Of a stretch of 64,000 nucleotides of DNA, positions 11,401 to 23,417 are shown one piece after another. The stretch lies in contig CATNEN010000001.1 of the NCBI GenBank assembly GCA_950097015.1, forward strand, positions 26,164,001 through 26,228,000, given 5' to 3'. The position numbers and the translations under genes are program-made. Every line of letters begins with the position of its first letter. Positions within the stretch are counted from its first letter, which is position 1. The DNA comes from Macrostomum hystrix. Taxonomy: Eukaryota; Animalia; Platyhelminthes. The notes under the pieces are model-generated. The model was not told the DNA's origin and did no database searches. It saw only the letters and a list, made by a program, of their open reading frames with translations.

Positions 11401-14400
11401 ACGCATCGCCAATCGCCAGCTAATCTCTACTCTCATGGACCGATCTCTGTGCCTGATGCCGGCCTATTTTGCCTTGCACGAGGTCACCAAACTGCCGCCC
11501 GTGGAGCACACGCATCTCCACCCGGTTAGTGACCATGGTTTCCATGGATACGAACACTTAAAGTGTAGATTAATTCACAGAATTTTTAATACGATTTCAT
11601 TTCAGATTCTAAGAAAGAAACTGCAGACTTTTCGAGACAGCTTCAAACATGTGGCAAGCATGTTCGCTCACAAAGGTGAGGCTTATGTTTTCTGAATCCT
11701 GTTGAAATGAGAGATTTAGGCTTGATAATCTCAGTCTGGGTGAGTTTAAAGTTAATAATCTCACTCTGGGTTAAATTTAAGCTTGAAGAACTCAGTGTGG
11801 AGTGAGATTTTACGACAATCAAATACGTAAGCGGTGAGTTTAGGGACAGTCGCAAGTGAAGGGTGAGATTTAGGGACAGTCGCAAGTGAAGGGTGAGATT
11901 TAGGGACAGTCACAAGTGAAGGGTGAGATTTAGGGACAGTCACAAGTGAGGGTTGAGATTTAGGGACAGTCACAAGTGAGGGGTGAGATTTAGGGACAGT
12001 CACAACTGAGGGGTGAGATTTAGGGACAGTCACAACTGAGGGGTGAGATTTAGGGACAGTCACAAGTGAGGGTTGAGATTTAGGGACAGTCACAACTGAG
12101 GGGTGAGATTTAGGGACAGTCACAACTGAGGGGTGAGATTTAGGGACAGTCACAAGTGAGGGTTGAGATTTAGGGACAGTCACAAGTGAGGGGTGAGATT
12201 TAGGGACAGTCACAAGTGAGGGGTGAGATTTAGGGACAGTCACAAGTGAGGGTTGAGATTTAGGGACAGTCACAAGTGAAGGGTGAGATTTAGGGACAGT
12301 CACAAGTGAAGGGTGAGATTTAGGGACAGTCACAAGTGAGGGTTGAGATTTAGGGACAGTCACAAGTGAAGGGTGAGATTTAGGGACAGTCACAAGTGAG
12401 GGTTGAGATTTAGGGACAGTCACAACTGAGGGGTGAGATTTAGGGACAGTCACAAGTGAGGGTTGAGATTTAGGGACAGTCACAAGTGAGGGGTGAGATT
12501 TAGGGACAGTCACAAGTGAGGGTTGAGATTTAGGGACAGTCACAAGTGAGGGGTGAGATTTAGGGACAGTCACAAGTGAGGGTTGAGATTTAGGGACATT
12601 TATCTGAGGGGTGAGATTTAGGGACTCTCACAAATGAAGAGTGAGATTTAAGAACAGTAAAGTGAAGGGTGAGATTTAGGGATAATGATGTTTAGCTTCA
12701 GCGGCTGAGTTGGGTGGCTTATAAACTCACACTGAGTCTTCAATCCTGAGCATACCTTATTCTCCCGCAGTCATCCGGCAGATTGTTCCCATCGCCGGTG
12801 TTGGCAACTACAGCCTGCCACCGGCTACCCTGCAGCATCCGCAGCCAAACAGCGTCACCAACATGCCAGTGAACCTGCAGGCCTCCAATGGCGTCCTGGA
12901 CCTGAAGGGCCCCCTGCCCTACGCCCGCAGCCTGCAAAAGCCGCACACGAGCCTGATACGAGCAATGCTAACACAGCAGGGCAGCATGGATTTGCTGCTC
13001 TGCCTGCTTTCTCTGCACACCGCTCCCAGGGCTAGCAAGATCTCCCGCTGCCTGTTCCTCGAGCGATGCCTCATCGACACCATCCTGTGGACTGTGGACG
13101 AGACTGAGTCCTGCGACTCAGACAACGACGCGACCTGGGCTGACACCATGTGGCGACACCTGGGACTGTACAGCATCCACCTGTGCCGCCTGCACCTGGT
13201 TCGGTTTCCCGAGCTGTGTTTGGGAATTCTGGAAGGTGAGCGCTGCGCTCTGATACTACTGTTTTACTGTTGTCAGTAGTATAGTAAGCTTTGGCTACTC
13301 ATTCTGGTCCTTCATGCTGCCTCCTCATTCTGGTCCTTGATGCTGCCCCCCTCATTCTGGTCCTTCATGCTGCCTCCTCATTCTGGTCCTTCATGCGGAC
13401 TCCTCATTCTGGTCCTTCATGCCGGCTCCTCATTCTGGTCCTTCATGCCGACTCCTCATTCTGGTCCTTCATGCTGCCTCCTCATTCTGGTCCTTGATGC
13501 TGCCCCCCTCATTCTGGTCCTTCATGCTGCCTCCTCATTCTGGTCCTTCATGCGGACTCCTCATTCTGGTCCTTCATGCCGGCTCCTCATTCTGGTCCTT
13601 CATGCCGACTCCTCATTCTGGTCCTTCATGCCGACTCCTCATTCTGGTCCTTCATGCTGCCCCCCCTCATTCTGGTCCTTCATGCTGCCTCCTCATTCTG
13701 GTCCTTCATGCTGCCCCCCTCATTCTGGTCCTTCATGCTGCCCCCCCTCATTCTGGTCCTTCATGCTGCCCCCCCTCATTCTGGTCCTTCATGCTGCCTC
13801 CTCATTCTGGTCCTTCATGCTGCCCCCCCCCTCATTCTGGTCCTTCATGCTGCCCCCCTCATTCTGGTCCTTCATGCTGCCTCCTCATTCTGGTCCTTCA
13901 TGCTGCCCCCCCTCATTCTGGTCCTTCATGCTGCCTCCTCATTCTGGTCCTTCATGCTGCCCCCCTCATTCTGGTCCTTCATTGGCCATTGCTGTCTCCT
14001 TATTCTGGTCCTTTCTGACATTTTTATCCTCATTTTTATAGTGGGTAATTTGTTAAAGTAGTTTTTCTGCCAGTTGTGCTCAATGTGCACTACTCACAAG
14101 TAGAAATAAAAGCATTTTATCCCGCAATCCGAATCAACAGGCCTGCAGGATCGCCGCTCGACGCCAGTTCGCTCGGCTCCGCACATCGCCTGGCTTCTAT
14201 TCAACTTCTTCGGCGCTCAGAACAAAAATCCCCTTGCGGATTTCGCTCCCATTCTGCGCATCCTAGACCTGCTGTATCCGGGTGATTCGCCCGCCTTCGA
14301 CACCACCCTGCTGGTCTGGCTGAGTCTTACGCAGAAGTCAAGCGCTTCAAATGAGCGCCTACCGCGAGCCCTCCCGCCGCCCTTGCAGCCGATGATGTCC

Positions 14401-17400
14401 GAGCTGACTGAGAAGTTCCAGCAGATGTCCCAGTCGCCAAGCTATCAGGTGTCCCTTGAGCCTGAGCAGTTCCGCTGGTTCGCCTACGTCTACAATGCGT
14501 ACGCGCCACTGGGACAGCCGCAGGTTTGACACCTTGCTAAAGCTGATCCCCTTTTCAAAAAGTCCAAATCCCATGTCCTAAACCGTCCAGATCCCATGTC
14601 CTTAACAGTTCTGATCCCCATTCCTAAACAGTCCAGATCCCATGTCCTTAACAGTCCTGATCCCATGTCCTGAACAGTCCTGATCCCATGTCCTGAACAG
14701 TCCTGATCCCATGTCCTGAACAGTCCTGATCCTATGTCCTAGACAGTCCTAAACAGCCCTGATCCCCTTTACTAAGCAGCTCTGATCCCCTGTCCTAAAC
14801 AGCCCTGATCCCCATTCCTAAGCAGTCCTGATCCCATGTCCTAAGCAGTCCTGATCCCATGTCCTGAACAGTCCTGATCCCATGTCCTGAACAGTCCTGA
14901 TCCTATGTCCTAGACAGTCCTAAACAGCCCTGATCCCCTTTACTAAGCAGCTCTGATCCCCTGTCCTAAACAGCCCTGATCCCCTGTCCTAAACAGTCCA
15001 GATCCCATGTCCTGATCTCAGGACTGATCTCTGACCCATTTGCAAAGTCTCCCTAATGCACTTTCCATTTGTTTTCCTAAATTTCTGATGCCTTTCCCTT
15101 TTTTATGCATGGTCCAATTTCCCAGACATCCCATTCAGATAAGCCTTTGATATCCGTGATCCCAATCCTTCTCAATTCCGCCATCTCACACCTTACTGCT
15201 CAGGTGGTGAGTCCGCTCAACTCCAGGTTAGTTGAGGCTCTAAAACGGCCTGACGCTGTGGCCCTACCCTACGAGAGCCTGCGCCAGCTTGCCACAATGT
15301 CCCTAATTGCCATCAACACCCTGCTTCACTCCCTGCTGTCAGCTCAGACTGACAGTCCCATTGTGCTGGAGACATTCGCCAGGGCCACAGTGCTCATTCA
15401 TCACGATTTGAATCTGCAAGCGAAATCTGTGCTCACAGACAGCTTCAAGTCTAGCAGCTCTGCCAACAGCAAGTTCTTTGCCTTCATTGTTGAACTGGCC
15501 ACGTTTCATCTGAATAGCGTGGATCCCATGCAGCGACAGGTGCTGCTGCACAACCTGGTGACCCTGTCCAAGTCTAATAGACTCAACTTGGATGCTGAGC
15601 TGTGCCTGTACCGACAGGTGCAAGCCCTGCTTACACCGGCTCTGCAGGTGAGCACTCGGATCGTCAGGTGTCTAAACGAATCCCAGATGTTCAGGATTGA
15701 AATCCCAAATGGTCAGGATTGAAATCCCAAATGGTCAGGATTGAAATCCCAAATGGTCAGGATTAAAATCCCAGATGCTCAGGATTGAAATCCGAAATGG
15801 TCAGGATTGAAATCCGAAATGGTCAGGATTGAAATCCGAAATGGTCAGGATTGAAATCCGAAATGGTCAGGATTGAAATCCCAGATGCTCGTTGTTGAAA
15901 TCCCAAATTGTCAGGAATTATATCCCAAATTGTCAGGAATTAAATCCCAAATTGTCAGGTTTGAAATCCCAGATGCTCACGATTGAAATCCCAGATGCTC
16001 AGGATTGAAATCCCAGATGCTAAGGATTGAAATCCCAAATCGTCAGAATTGAAATCCCAGATGCTCAGGATTGAAATCCGAAATGGTCAGGATTGAAATC
16101 CCAGATGCTAAGGATTGAAATCCCAAATAGTCAGGATTGAAATCCCAGATGCTAAGGATTGAAATCCCAAATAGTCAGGATTGAAATCCCAGATGCTCAG
16201 GATTAAAATCTTAAGTGCTCAGGATTGAAATCCCAAATGGTCAGGATTGAAATCACAGATGCTGAGGACAGAAATCCTCATTAATAAAATCCCGGATGTG
16301 TGTTATTGAAATCTCAAATTATTGGAACTTATGAAATACACTTGTATATTAAGTAAAAAAACTTACACCTTTCACACTTTTGTTTCCTACTGACTCCATC
16401 GCCAGGTCACCACAAATCACGTGAAGAAGCTGTACGTGTCGTGGATCTGCAGCAGTGATCAGGAGGAGTTAAATAAATACCTGCTGCTGCAGGTGAGTCA
16501 TCAGCTGGTACAGCAGCAGGCCGATCCTGACGGTGCCTGGCTGTCTGACTTTGTCCAGCCGCTGTTTCAGAAGTGCTCAGCCGCCTGTCAGGTGAGAATT
16601 GATGTTTTCAAGGTCAGGTGGGTCATGAGAGGCCAATCTGGGTCAGGTTGGTCAATTTTGGTCAGGTGCGTCAAAAGGTCAGGTAGGTCGAAAGGTCAGG
16701 TGGGTCAAAAGGTCACGTGGGTCAAGTCATCGTCATCCAGTCCCAGACGGTCCTGTTCGCCAGGTGCCTAGCTCGATGAGGCCTCACCTGCCGGTCAACG
16801 CTGAGCGAATCTCGGTGCCATCAGCTGATCGGCAGTCCCAGCAGCTGGCAGCTTCCGCAGAGCTAGCCAACCGTCTTTGCCAGCGAGTCCTTCAGGAGGG
16901 CCAGTGCGACGAGGCGCAGCTGAGCGAGCAGTCGAGCGGCTGCCTGTACTGGGTGGCTCTGACCTGCCTGCGGGAGCGCGGCGGCGACCTCCCGGCTGCT
17001 CAGCTGTTCGCCAGGGTCAACGAGGCTTTGGGATGGCGCTGCTCGCTTCCGCACCTGAGGGTGTTCTGCGACCTCCTCACCAGAGAGGTGGCCTCGGCGC
17101 CTTCGCCAGCCGCGGAGGCATCGGTGCTGCATCACGTGACCGGGCTGGTGTTCTCGCATCGGCTCATGCCGCTGCACCGGCTGCTCCTCGTGCTGCTGCT
17201 GAGGCCGTTTCCGGATCGTCGGCTGGAGCTGGCAATGATCCGCGTGCTTCAGCACCTGCTGTCAGCTGGCACTCACAATAGCCCCATGGCTGCGATTGTG
17301 CCTGTGCTCAACAGGTGAGCTCGCCACGGTTGGACTGTTCTTGTCCGTGGGTCTGGGCTGAGGGTGTCAGTGGGTCAGGGCTAAGGGTGTCAGTTGGTCA

Positions 17401-20400
17401 GGGCTGAGGGTGTCAGTGAGTCAGGGCTGAGGGTGTCAGTGAGTCAGGGCTAAGGGTGTCAATGGGTCAGGGCTGAGGGTGTCAGTGAGTCAGGGCTGAG
17501 GGTGTCAGTTGGTCAGGGCTGAGGGTGTCAGTGAGTCAGGGCTGAGGGTGTCAGTGGGTCAGGGCTGAGGGTGTCAGTGGGTCAGGGCTGAGGGTGTCAG
17601 TGGGTCAGGGCTAAGGGTGTCAGTGGGTCAGGGCTGAGGGTGTCAGTGAGTCAGGGCTATTCTCTAATCTCTCAAACAATCCGCAGTTTCGCACCCTGCG
17701 GTGGCGCCAGCGGCAGCTTGTCAAGTCTGGTAACGCAGCTGAGAGCTGTCTACGATGACAGCGGAAGCAGCAACAGCAGCAGCAGCTTGTATTCTCACAT
17801 GGCCATTCGCGTTGCCATGGTGATGGACACAGCCCTGGCCCGCGTGGCCCAGCTGCAGCCGCCCGAGTCTCGCGAGCTTCTCTGCGTCACCCTGGCGCCC
17901 TTCCTTCGCCACATGCCAGCACCCGGCACCTGCCTCATCACCCTGCTGACTGTGTACAACCCGCCACCAGCACTGCGGCTGCACCTCACAGCCAGCCTGC
18001 TGACTCCGCGCATCGAGGCCTCGCCACCCGGCTCCTACCTGCCTGCCGACTGCCTGCCCGTGCTGAAATCCGTCTGCAGCCAAGCCGACACCGACGAGCG
18101 ACTTGGCGACCAGCTCGCCGAGAGAGTCGGTCCTGCTGGGGCCATCCTGAAGCGGCTGTCCACCGCGCTGGGGAGCCACGGCCGGCTCGGCTTCCCGCAG
18201 CTGGACTGGGTCGGTCAGGAGTGGCCAGCCTGCTTGGCACACGCTGTGAACTGCTGCTCACTGCAGCTGCTGCTGTGCGCAAACGAGTCCCTGACATCGC
18301 CCATCATTCCACCGCCACCGCCTGACCGCGCAGCCTCGACTGTCATCGGCGGCTGCGGAGCGGCCAAGAAGGCCCGACTGTTCGAGACCTCCGACACGGA
18401 GCTCGAGGCCGAAGCCGAAGACGCTGACGAGACCGACGGGGATGAGACTGACGATGAAGTGGACAAGGCCGACTGGCAATGCGCTGGCGTCCTGCTGGCA
18501 CAGCTGCCTGCCCGGTGAGCTGCTCGAAGCACCGGGATTTGAGACTAGAAGGATTCGAGACTAGAAGGATTTGAGACTAGAAGGATTCGAGACTAGAAGG
18601 ATTTGAGACTAAAAGGATTTGAGACTAGAAGGATTTGAGACTAAAAGGATTTGAGACTAGAAGGATTTGATACTAAATAGATTTGCGACTACTGGGAGAC
18701 TTGAGACTAGATGGATTTGAGGCTAGTGTGAGATTTGAGACTAGATGGATTTGAGACTAGATGGATTTGAGACTAGATGGATTTGAGACTAGATGGATTT
18801 GAGACTAGAAGGATTTGAGACTAGAAGGATTTGAGACTAGAAGGATTTGAGACTAGAAGGATTTGAGACTAGAAGGATTTGCGACTAGTGTGAGATTTGA
18901 GACTAGATGGAGATCTGAGATAAGGAAAGTAGGAATAATCAGAGAATCGAGGTGAGGCAAAATGAAAAGGAGTGTGAGTGGGAGATGACAGGGAATAGGT
19001 TAAGAGAAGTGAGAGGGCAAATAGGACAGTACACAATAAGTAAGCAGGTGCAATCGTATGCTGCTTATATTGATAGCCATGACAACCCACAGAGGAGAGA
19101 TGAGAACAGCCGTATCGTCTAACACTGCGCAATGCCCCTCAATTTGCAGACTGACCAACCGCCTGGTCCAGCAGCCGCTGCTGAATCTCTACGATTCCCT
19201 TGCAGGCGCGCCGCCAGCCAGAGCTCTGGGCCGCGAGCTGGCCGGCCGCCCCGAGGTTTGCCTCTGGTTCGCCTACCTCAGCCACTCCGGACCGGGACGG
19301 ATCGCTCAGCTGCCCGCCTTCTTCAGGCACAGTGTGCGAGCCAAGGTGCGACATCTGCTTGACTTGCTCCTCATCTTATCCCCCTCCCTCTGAGCCCCAT
19401 GCATCCTATTCCCTCTCCTTCTAATCCTTCTCCCTCTGATCCCCCTCTCCCTCTGATCCCCTTCTCCCTCTGATCCCCTTCTCCCTCTGATCCCCTTCTC
19501 CCTCTGATCCCCTTTTTCCTCTGATCCCCTACTCCCTTTGATCCCCTTCTCCCTTTGATCCCCTTCTCACACTAATCCCCTTTTCCCTCTGATCACTTTT
19601 TACTTCTGATCACTTTCTCCCTCTGATCCCCATCTCCTTCTGATCCCCTTCTCGCTCTGATCCCCTTCTACTTCTGATCCCCTTCTCGCTCTGATCCCCT
19701 CTCGCTCTTATCTCTTATCTTCACTCTTTATCTCTCCCCTTGCCGTCTTATCTCCCACTTCCCTCTCATCTCCCACTTCCCTCTCATCTCCCACTTCCCT
19801 CTCATCTCCCACTTCCCTCTCATCTCCCACTTCCCTCTCATCTCCCACTTCCCTCTCATCTCCCACTTCCCTCTCATCTCCCACTTCCCTCTCATCTCCC
19901 ACTTCCCTCTCATCTCCCACTTCCCTCTCATCTCCCACTTCCCTCTCATCTCCCACTTCCCTCTCATCTCCCACTTCCCTCTCATCTCCCACTTCCCTCT
20001 CATCTCCCACTTCCCTCTCATCTCCCTCCCCAATGAGTCCTCGCAGCCGGTGAGCAGTCTCCATCCAGTGGCACCTGCGCACCTTCCACGCCTCTGTAAT
20101 CCGCAGGTGCGTTGCGAGGCACAGCTGCTGCTGTCCTGCCAGCTGATTGGGCCGCTGTTCGCCGACCTGCTCCGCGCCCACAACTCGGTGCAGAACGAGC
20201 TGGTGGCGGAGCTGTACCACTGCCTGGCCGAGGTCGACGCCCTCAGCTGCGGCCGCCTCGAACAGCAGGACGCCCTGGCGGACTATTTCTACCACATCAA
20301 GTACATGTTCGTTGGTGACGGAGTGCGCAAGCTGGCTTCGAGTGTGATTGACAGGCTGAGCCCGTCCATGCAGTGCCGCCTGAAGTCCATCGCGCCCGGA

Positions 20401-20457
20401 CACCAGCCTGACGGCCCCGCGGACGCTCCGAACTTCCCGGCCCAGTCCGAGACCTGA
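5428..20457 (+). CDS. MED23: Mediator complex subunit 23, 14 exons, ~1371 aa
   Basis: Exons 5428-5505 (least certain), 8700-8834, 10281-10405, 10544-10742, 11420-11524, 11606-11675, 12771-13235, 14141-14523, 15204-15647, 16406-16591, 16764-17314, 17687-18514, 19150-19345, 20107-20457. All introns are GT-AG with consistent phase; total 4116 nt. MED23 motifs as recalled from the human protein: MDYKGCRDLF, CLMPAYFALHEV, LKGPLPY, KNPLADFAPILRILDLLYP, DALADYFYHIKYMFVGDGV. Confidence 0.93.
6098..6460 (-). pseudogene. Decayed coding fragment of an unidentified repeated element (homologous to 35640-35930)
   Basis: IFLEGKT..THCLLHKSSQ..LYNELTFKAV..LYKPSWQIHIG matches IFPQGKT..TRCLLHDSSQ..LCDEPTFKAF..LHKPLWRIHNG, which is read across frameshifts at 35.6-35.9 kb. 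Confidence 0.55.
7540..8395 (+). mobile_element. Degenerate Ty3/Gypsy reverse-transcriptase relic in MED23 intron 1, interrupted by a solo LTR
   Basis: GAKLFSELDIRKAYYQI..TFSTPLGLMRL..VHDDVIV (RT motifs); continues as IQPAAEKIQ across the LTR insertion; contains stops and frameshifts. Confidence 0.85.
8090..8336 (+). mobile_element. Solo LTR of the same family as the LTRs at 24627 and 27337, with 5-bp TSD CCAAC
   Basis: Begins TGTAATATTCCAATCTAACATGTGTGCTC and ends ACTACA; CCAAC at 8085-8089 and 8337-8341; reverse complement of the 24.6/27.3-kb LTRs. Confidence 0.9.
8850..10218. repeat. Minisatellite, 33-bp unit GTCTGACCCACTAGACTAGAGGATCTGGGGAAT (MED23 intron 2)
   Basis: About 41 tandem copies. 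Confidence 0.97.
10843..11362. repeat. Minisatellite, ~37-bp unit ATCCCTTCATCTCCAATCCCCAGATACCTGATCCTCA (MED23 intron 4)
   Basis: Tandem copies visible directly. Confidence 0.95.
11835..12680. repeat. Minisatellite, 30-bp unit TAGGGACAGTCACAAGTGAGGGGTGAGATT (MED23 intron 6)
   Basis: Tandem copies in register with the 60-nt lines. Confidence 0.97.
13295..14012. repeat. Minisatellite, ~26-28-bp unit CTCATTCTGGTCCTTCATGCTGCCTC (MED23 intron 7)
   Basis: Tandem copies with a variable C-run. Confidence 0.96.
14545..15015. repeat. Minisatellite, ~22-23-bp unit CAGTCCTGATCCCATGTCCTAAA (MED23 intron 8)
   Basis: Degenerate tandem copies. Confidence 0.9.
15680..16270. repeat. Minisatellite, 22-bp unit CAGGATTGAAATCCCAAATGGT (MED23 intron 9)
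   Basis: Tandem copies. Confidence 0.93.
17345..17657. repeat. G-rich minisatellite, 23-bp unit GGGTGTCAGTGGGTCAGGGCTGA (MED23 intron 11)
   Basis: Tandem copies, up to three GGG runs per unit. Confidence 0.95.
18535..18915. repeat. Minisatellite, 16-bp unit GAGACTAGAAGGATTT (MED23 intron 12)
   Basis: Tandem copies. Confidence 0.95.
19420..20030. repeat. Two adjacent pyrimidine-rich minisatellites, CCCTCTGATCCCCTTCT and TCCCACTTCCCTCTCATC (MED23 intron 13)
   Basis: ~17-bp array at 19420-19710 and 18-bp array at 19750-20030. Confidence 0.93.
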
Positions 20458-20469
20458 GGCCGGGAGCTG

Positions 20470-21490
20470 AGACACTATGCACTGTACTGTACAAATAGTC
20501 TGTAGACACTGTGTACTGTACAAATAGTCTGTGGACACTCTGTATAACTCGTCTGTGGACACTATATACTGTACAAATCGTCTGTGGACACTATATACTG
20601 TACAAATAGTCTGTGGACACTGTGTACTGTACAAATAGTCTGTGGACACTATATACTGTACAAATAGTCTGTGGACACTCTGTATAACTCGTCTGTGGAC
20701 ACTCTGTACTGTACAACTCGTCTGTGGACACTCTGTACTGTACAAGTAGTCTGTGGACACTCTGTACTGTACAAGTAGTCTGTGGACACTCTGTACTGTA
20801 CAAGTAGTCTGTGGACACTCTGTACTGTACAAATAGTCTGTGGACACTCTGTATAACTCGTCTGTGGACACTATATACTGTACAAATAGTCTGTAGACAC
20901 TCTGTACTGTACAAATAGTCTGTAGACACTCTGTACTGTACAAATAGTCTGTGGACACTGTGTACTGTACAAATAGTATGTGGACACTGTGTACTGTACA
21001 AATAGTCTGTGGACACTATATACTGTACAAATAGTCTGTGGACACTCTGTATAACTCGTCTGTGGACACTCTGTACTGTACAACTCGTCTGTGGACACTC
21101 TGTACTGTACAAGTAGTCTGTGGACACTCTGTACTGTACAAGTAGTCTGTGGACACTCTGTACTGTACAAGTAGTCTGTGGACACTCTGTACAAATGGTC
21201 ATTGGTCACTATATGTACAAATAGTCTGTGGACACTCTGTATAACTCGTCTGTGGACACTATATACTGTACAAATAGTCTGTAGACACTCTGTACTGTAC
21301 AAATAGTCTGTAGACACTCTGTACTGTACAAATAGTCTGTGGACACTGTGTACTGTACAAATAGTATGTGGACACTGTGTACTGTACAAATAGTCTGTGG
21401 ACACTATATACTGTACAAATAGTCTGTAGACACTCAGTACAACTCGTCTGTGGACACTCTGTACTGTACAAGTAGTCTGTGGACACTGTG
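20470..21490. repeat. Minisatellite, ~29-bp unit CTGTGGACACTCTGTACTGTACAAATAGT in the MED23 3' UTR
   Basis: Starts ~15 nt after the stop codon; ATTAAA/AATAAA poly(A) signals follow at ~21534-21543. Confidence 0.95.
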
Positions 21491-22134
21491 TATAAATGTT
21501 GTTCTTTCACTACTTACTTGTATAATTTATCTTATTAAATAAACAAAGCAAAGCAGTGGCGTGTGCAATACTTTTGTGCAATTCATTCAACATAGCTTTG
21601 TATATTATTATTTATTTAGTAATGTATTCCTTTTTTCTACTTATATAGAATCCCAGTAAATCTGTTTTGTTTAATAAGCTTTCTAAATGCCAAATTGAAA
21701 ATTTTAAAGTTTATAAAACATTAAAAATATGAAATCCCGCGATTGCTTGAAGGCCACATTTTTATCCAAGCCTTCGGCATTCATCAATCTATTGGCGGTC
21801 ATAATCTTGTTTCATACAAGCAATCAGTGATACAGTTTCATAGACAAGTGCAGACTCTAGCAATCCATTGTACTCCTTCTTATAATGGGATTTCTCGCGA
21901 TAAGGCACGAAATGTCGACCCACTAGGCTGATGAATGAGGCATCGATGCTATCGGCCCTTCTAACTGCCGTCCTGCGGCCCAGTCTGACGAGGATTCGAA
22001 CCAATTAATTCCCCTGCGCGCCCGCCTCCGACCATCTTTATCTGCCGCTTCACCGCGGCTCCAACACAGCTGCCTCACAATGCACTCTGCTGTGTATGAT
22101 GTACTTGCTTAATAACCCACTTCTCTTTCACCGC

Positions 22135-22865
22135 ATCTCACTCGCATCTCCTTCTGTCTCACTCGCATCTCCTTCTGTCTTACTCGCAACTCCCTTTGTC
22201 TCACTCGCATGTCCCTCTGTCTCACTCACATCTCCTTCTGTCCCACTCGCATCTCCCTTTGTCTCACTCACATCTCCATCTGTCTCACTCACATCTCCTT
22301 CTGTCTCACTCGCATCTCCTTCTGTCTTACTCGCATCTCCTTTTGTCTCACTCGCATCTCCTTCTGTCTCACTCGCATCTCCTTCTGTCTCACTCGCATC
22401 TCCCTCTATCTTACTCGCAACTCCCTTTGTCTCACTCGCATCTCCCTCTGTCTCACTCACATCTCCTTCTGTCTCACTCGCATCTCCCTTTTTCTCACTC
22501 ACATCTCCATCTGTCTCACTCACATCTCCTTCTGTCTTACTCGCAACTCCCTTTGTCTCACTCGCATGTCCCTCTGTCTCACTCACATCTCCTTCTGTCT
22601 CACTCGCATCTCCCTTTGTCTCACTCACATCTCCATCTGTCTCACTCACATCTCCTTCTGTCTCACTCGCATCTCCTTCTGTCTTACTCGCATCTCCTTC
22701 TGTCTCACTCACATCTCCTTCTGTCTCACTCGCATCTCCTTCTGTCTCACTCACATCTCCTTCTGTCTCACTCACATCTCCTTCTGTCTCACTCACATCT
22801 CCTTCTGTCTCACTCGCATCTCCTTCTGTCTCACTCGCATCTCCTTTTGTCTCACTCGCATCTCC
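22135..22865. repeat. Minisatellite, 21-bp unit TCTCACTCGCATCTCCTTCTG
   Basis: Tandem copies; explains the ORFs at 22096-23129. Confidence 0.96.
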
Positions 22866-22889
22866 TGCTGCAGTTACCATTCCTGCTTG

Positions 22890-23100
22890 ACTCCAAACAT
22901 TGGGCCCTCTGAGCACTCACCTGTCACTCCAAGCATTGGATCCTCTGAGCACTCACCTATCACCCCGAGCATTGGCTCCTCTGAGCACTCACCTGTCACC
23001 CCGAGCATTGGCTCCTCTGAGCACTCACCTGCCACCCCGAGCATTGGGTCCTCTGAGCCAATCACTCACCTGTCACCCCGAGCATTGGGTCCTCTGAGCA
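22890..23100. repeat. Minisatellite, 36-bp unit GAGCATTGGCTCCTCTGAGCACTCACCTGTCACCCC
   Basis: About 5.5 copies. Confidence 0.9.
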
Positions 23101-23417
23101 CAGACCGCTCCCCAGCCGCCGGTCCCTAATCAGACTTTGCGGTGGGCTTTCACTCTCAGAGCTCTCCGCCCGTCCCGCCATTTTTTCTCTCCCTCCCCTC
23201 ACTTGCCGCGCGGGCCTCTCTTAATTGCCCCCCGCGGCGGACTGGGGCATGTGCGATGAGCTCAATCAATCCAGCTGCCGCATCTACATCATAGCTGTGT
23301 GGCCTATTAGTTCTGCCAGCCACTCAGCTGTAGCTGCTGCAGCTTAATACAAGTTCCCTGTGTCCATGCCTACATACACATCCGTTTGCCTGCCTCTACC
23401 AGCTGATATACAAGTGA

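Noticed and set aside
11835-12680. Interstitial telomere
   Set aside because: TTAGGG occurs once per 30-bp unit, not as a tandem hexamer array.
16863-18532. Antisense and alternative-frame ORFs over MED23, TENT5, ACP7 and the Gypsy element
   Set aside because: Shadow ORFs of GC-rich coding exons.
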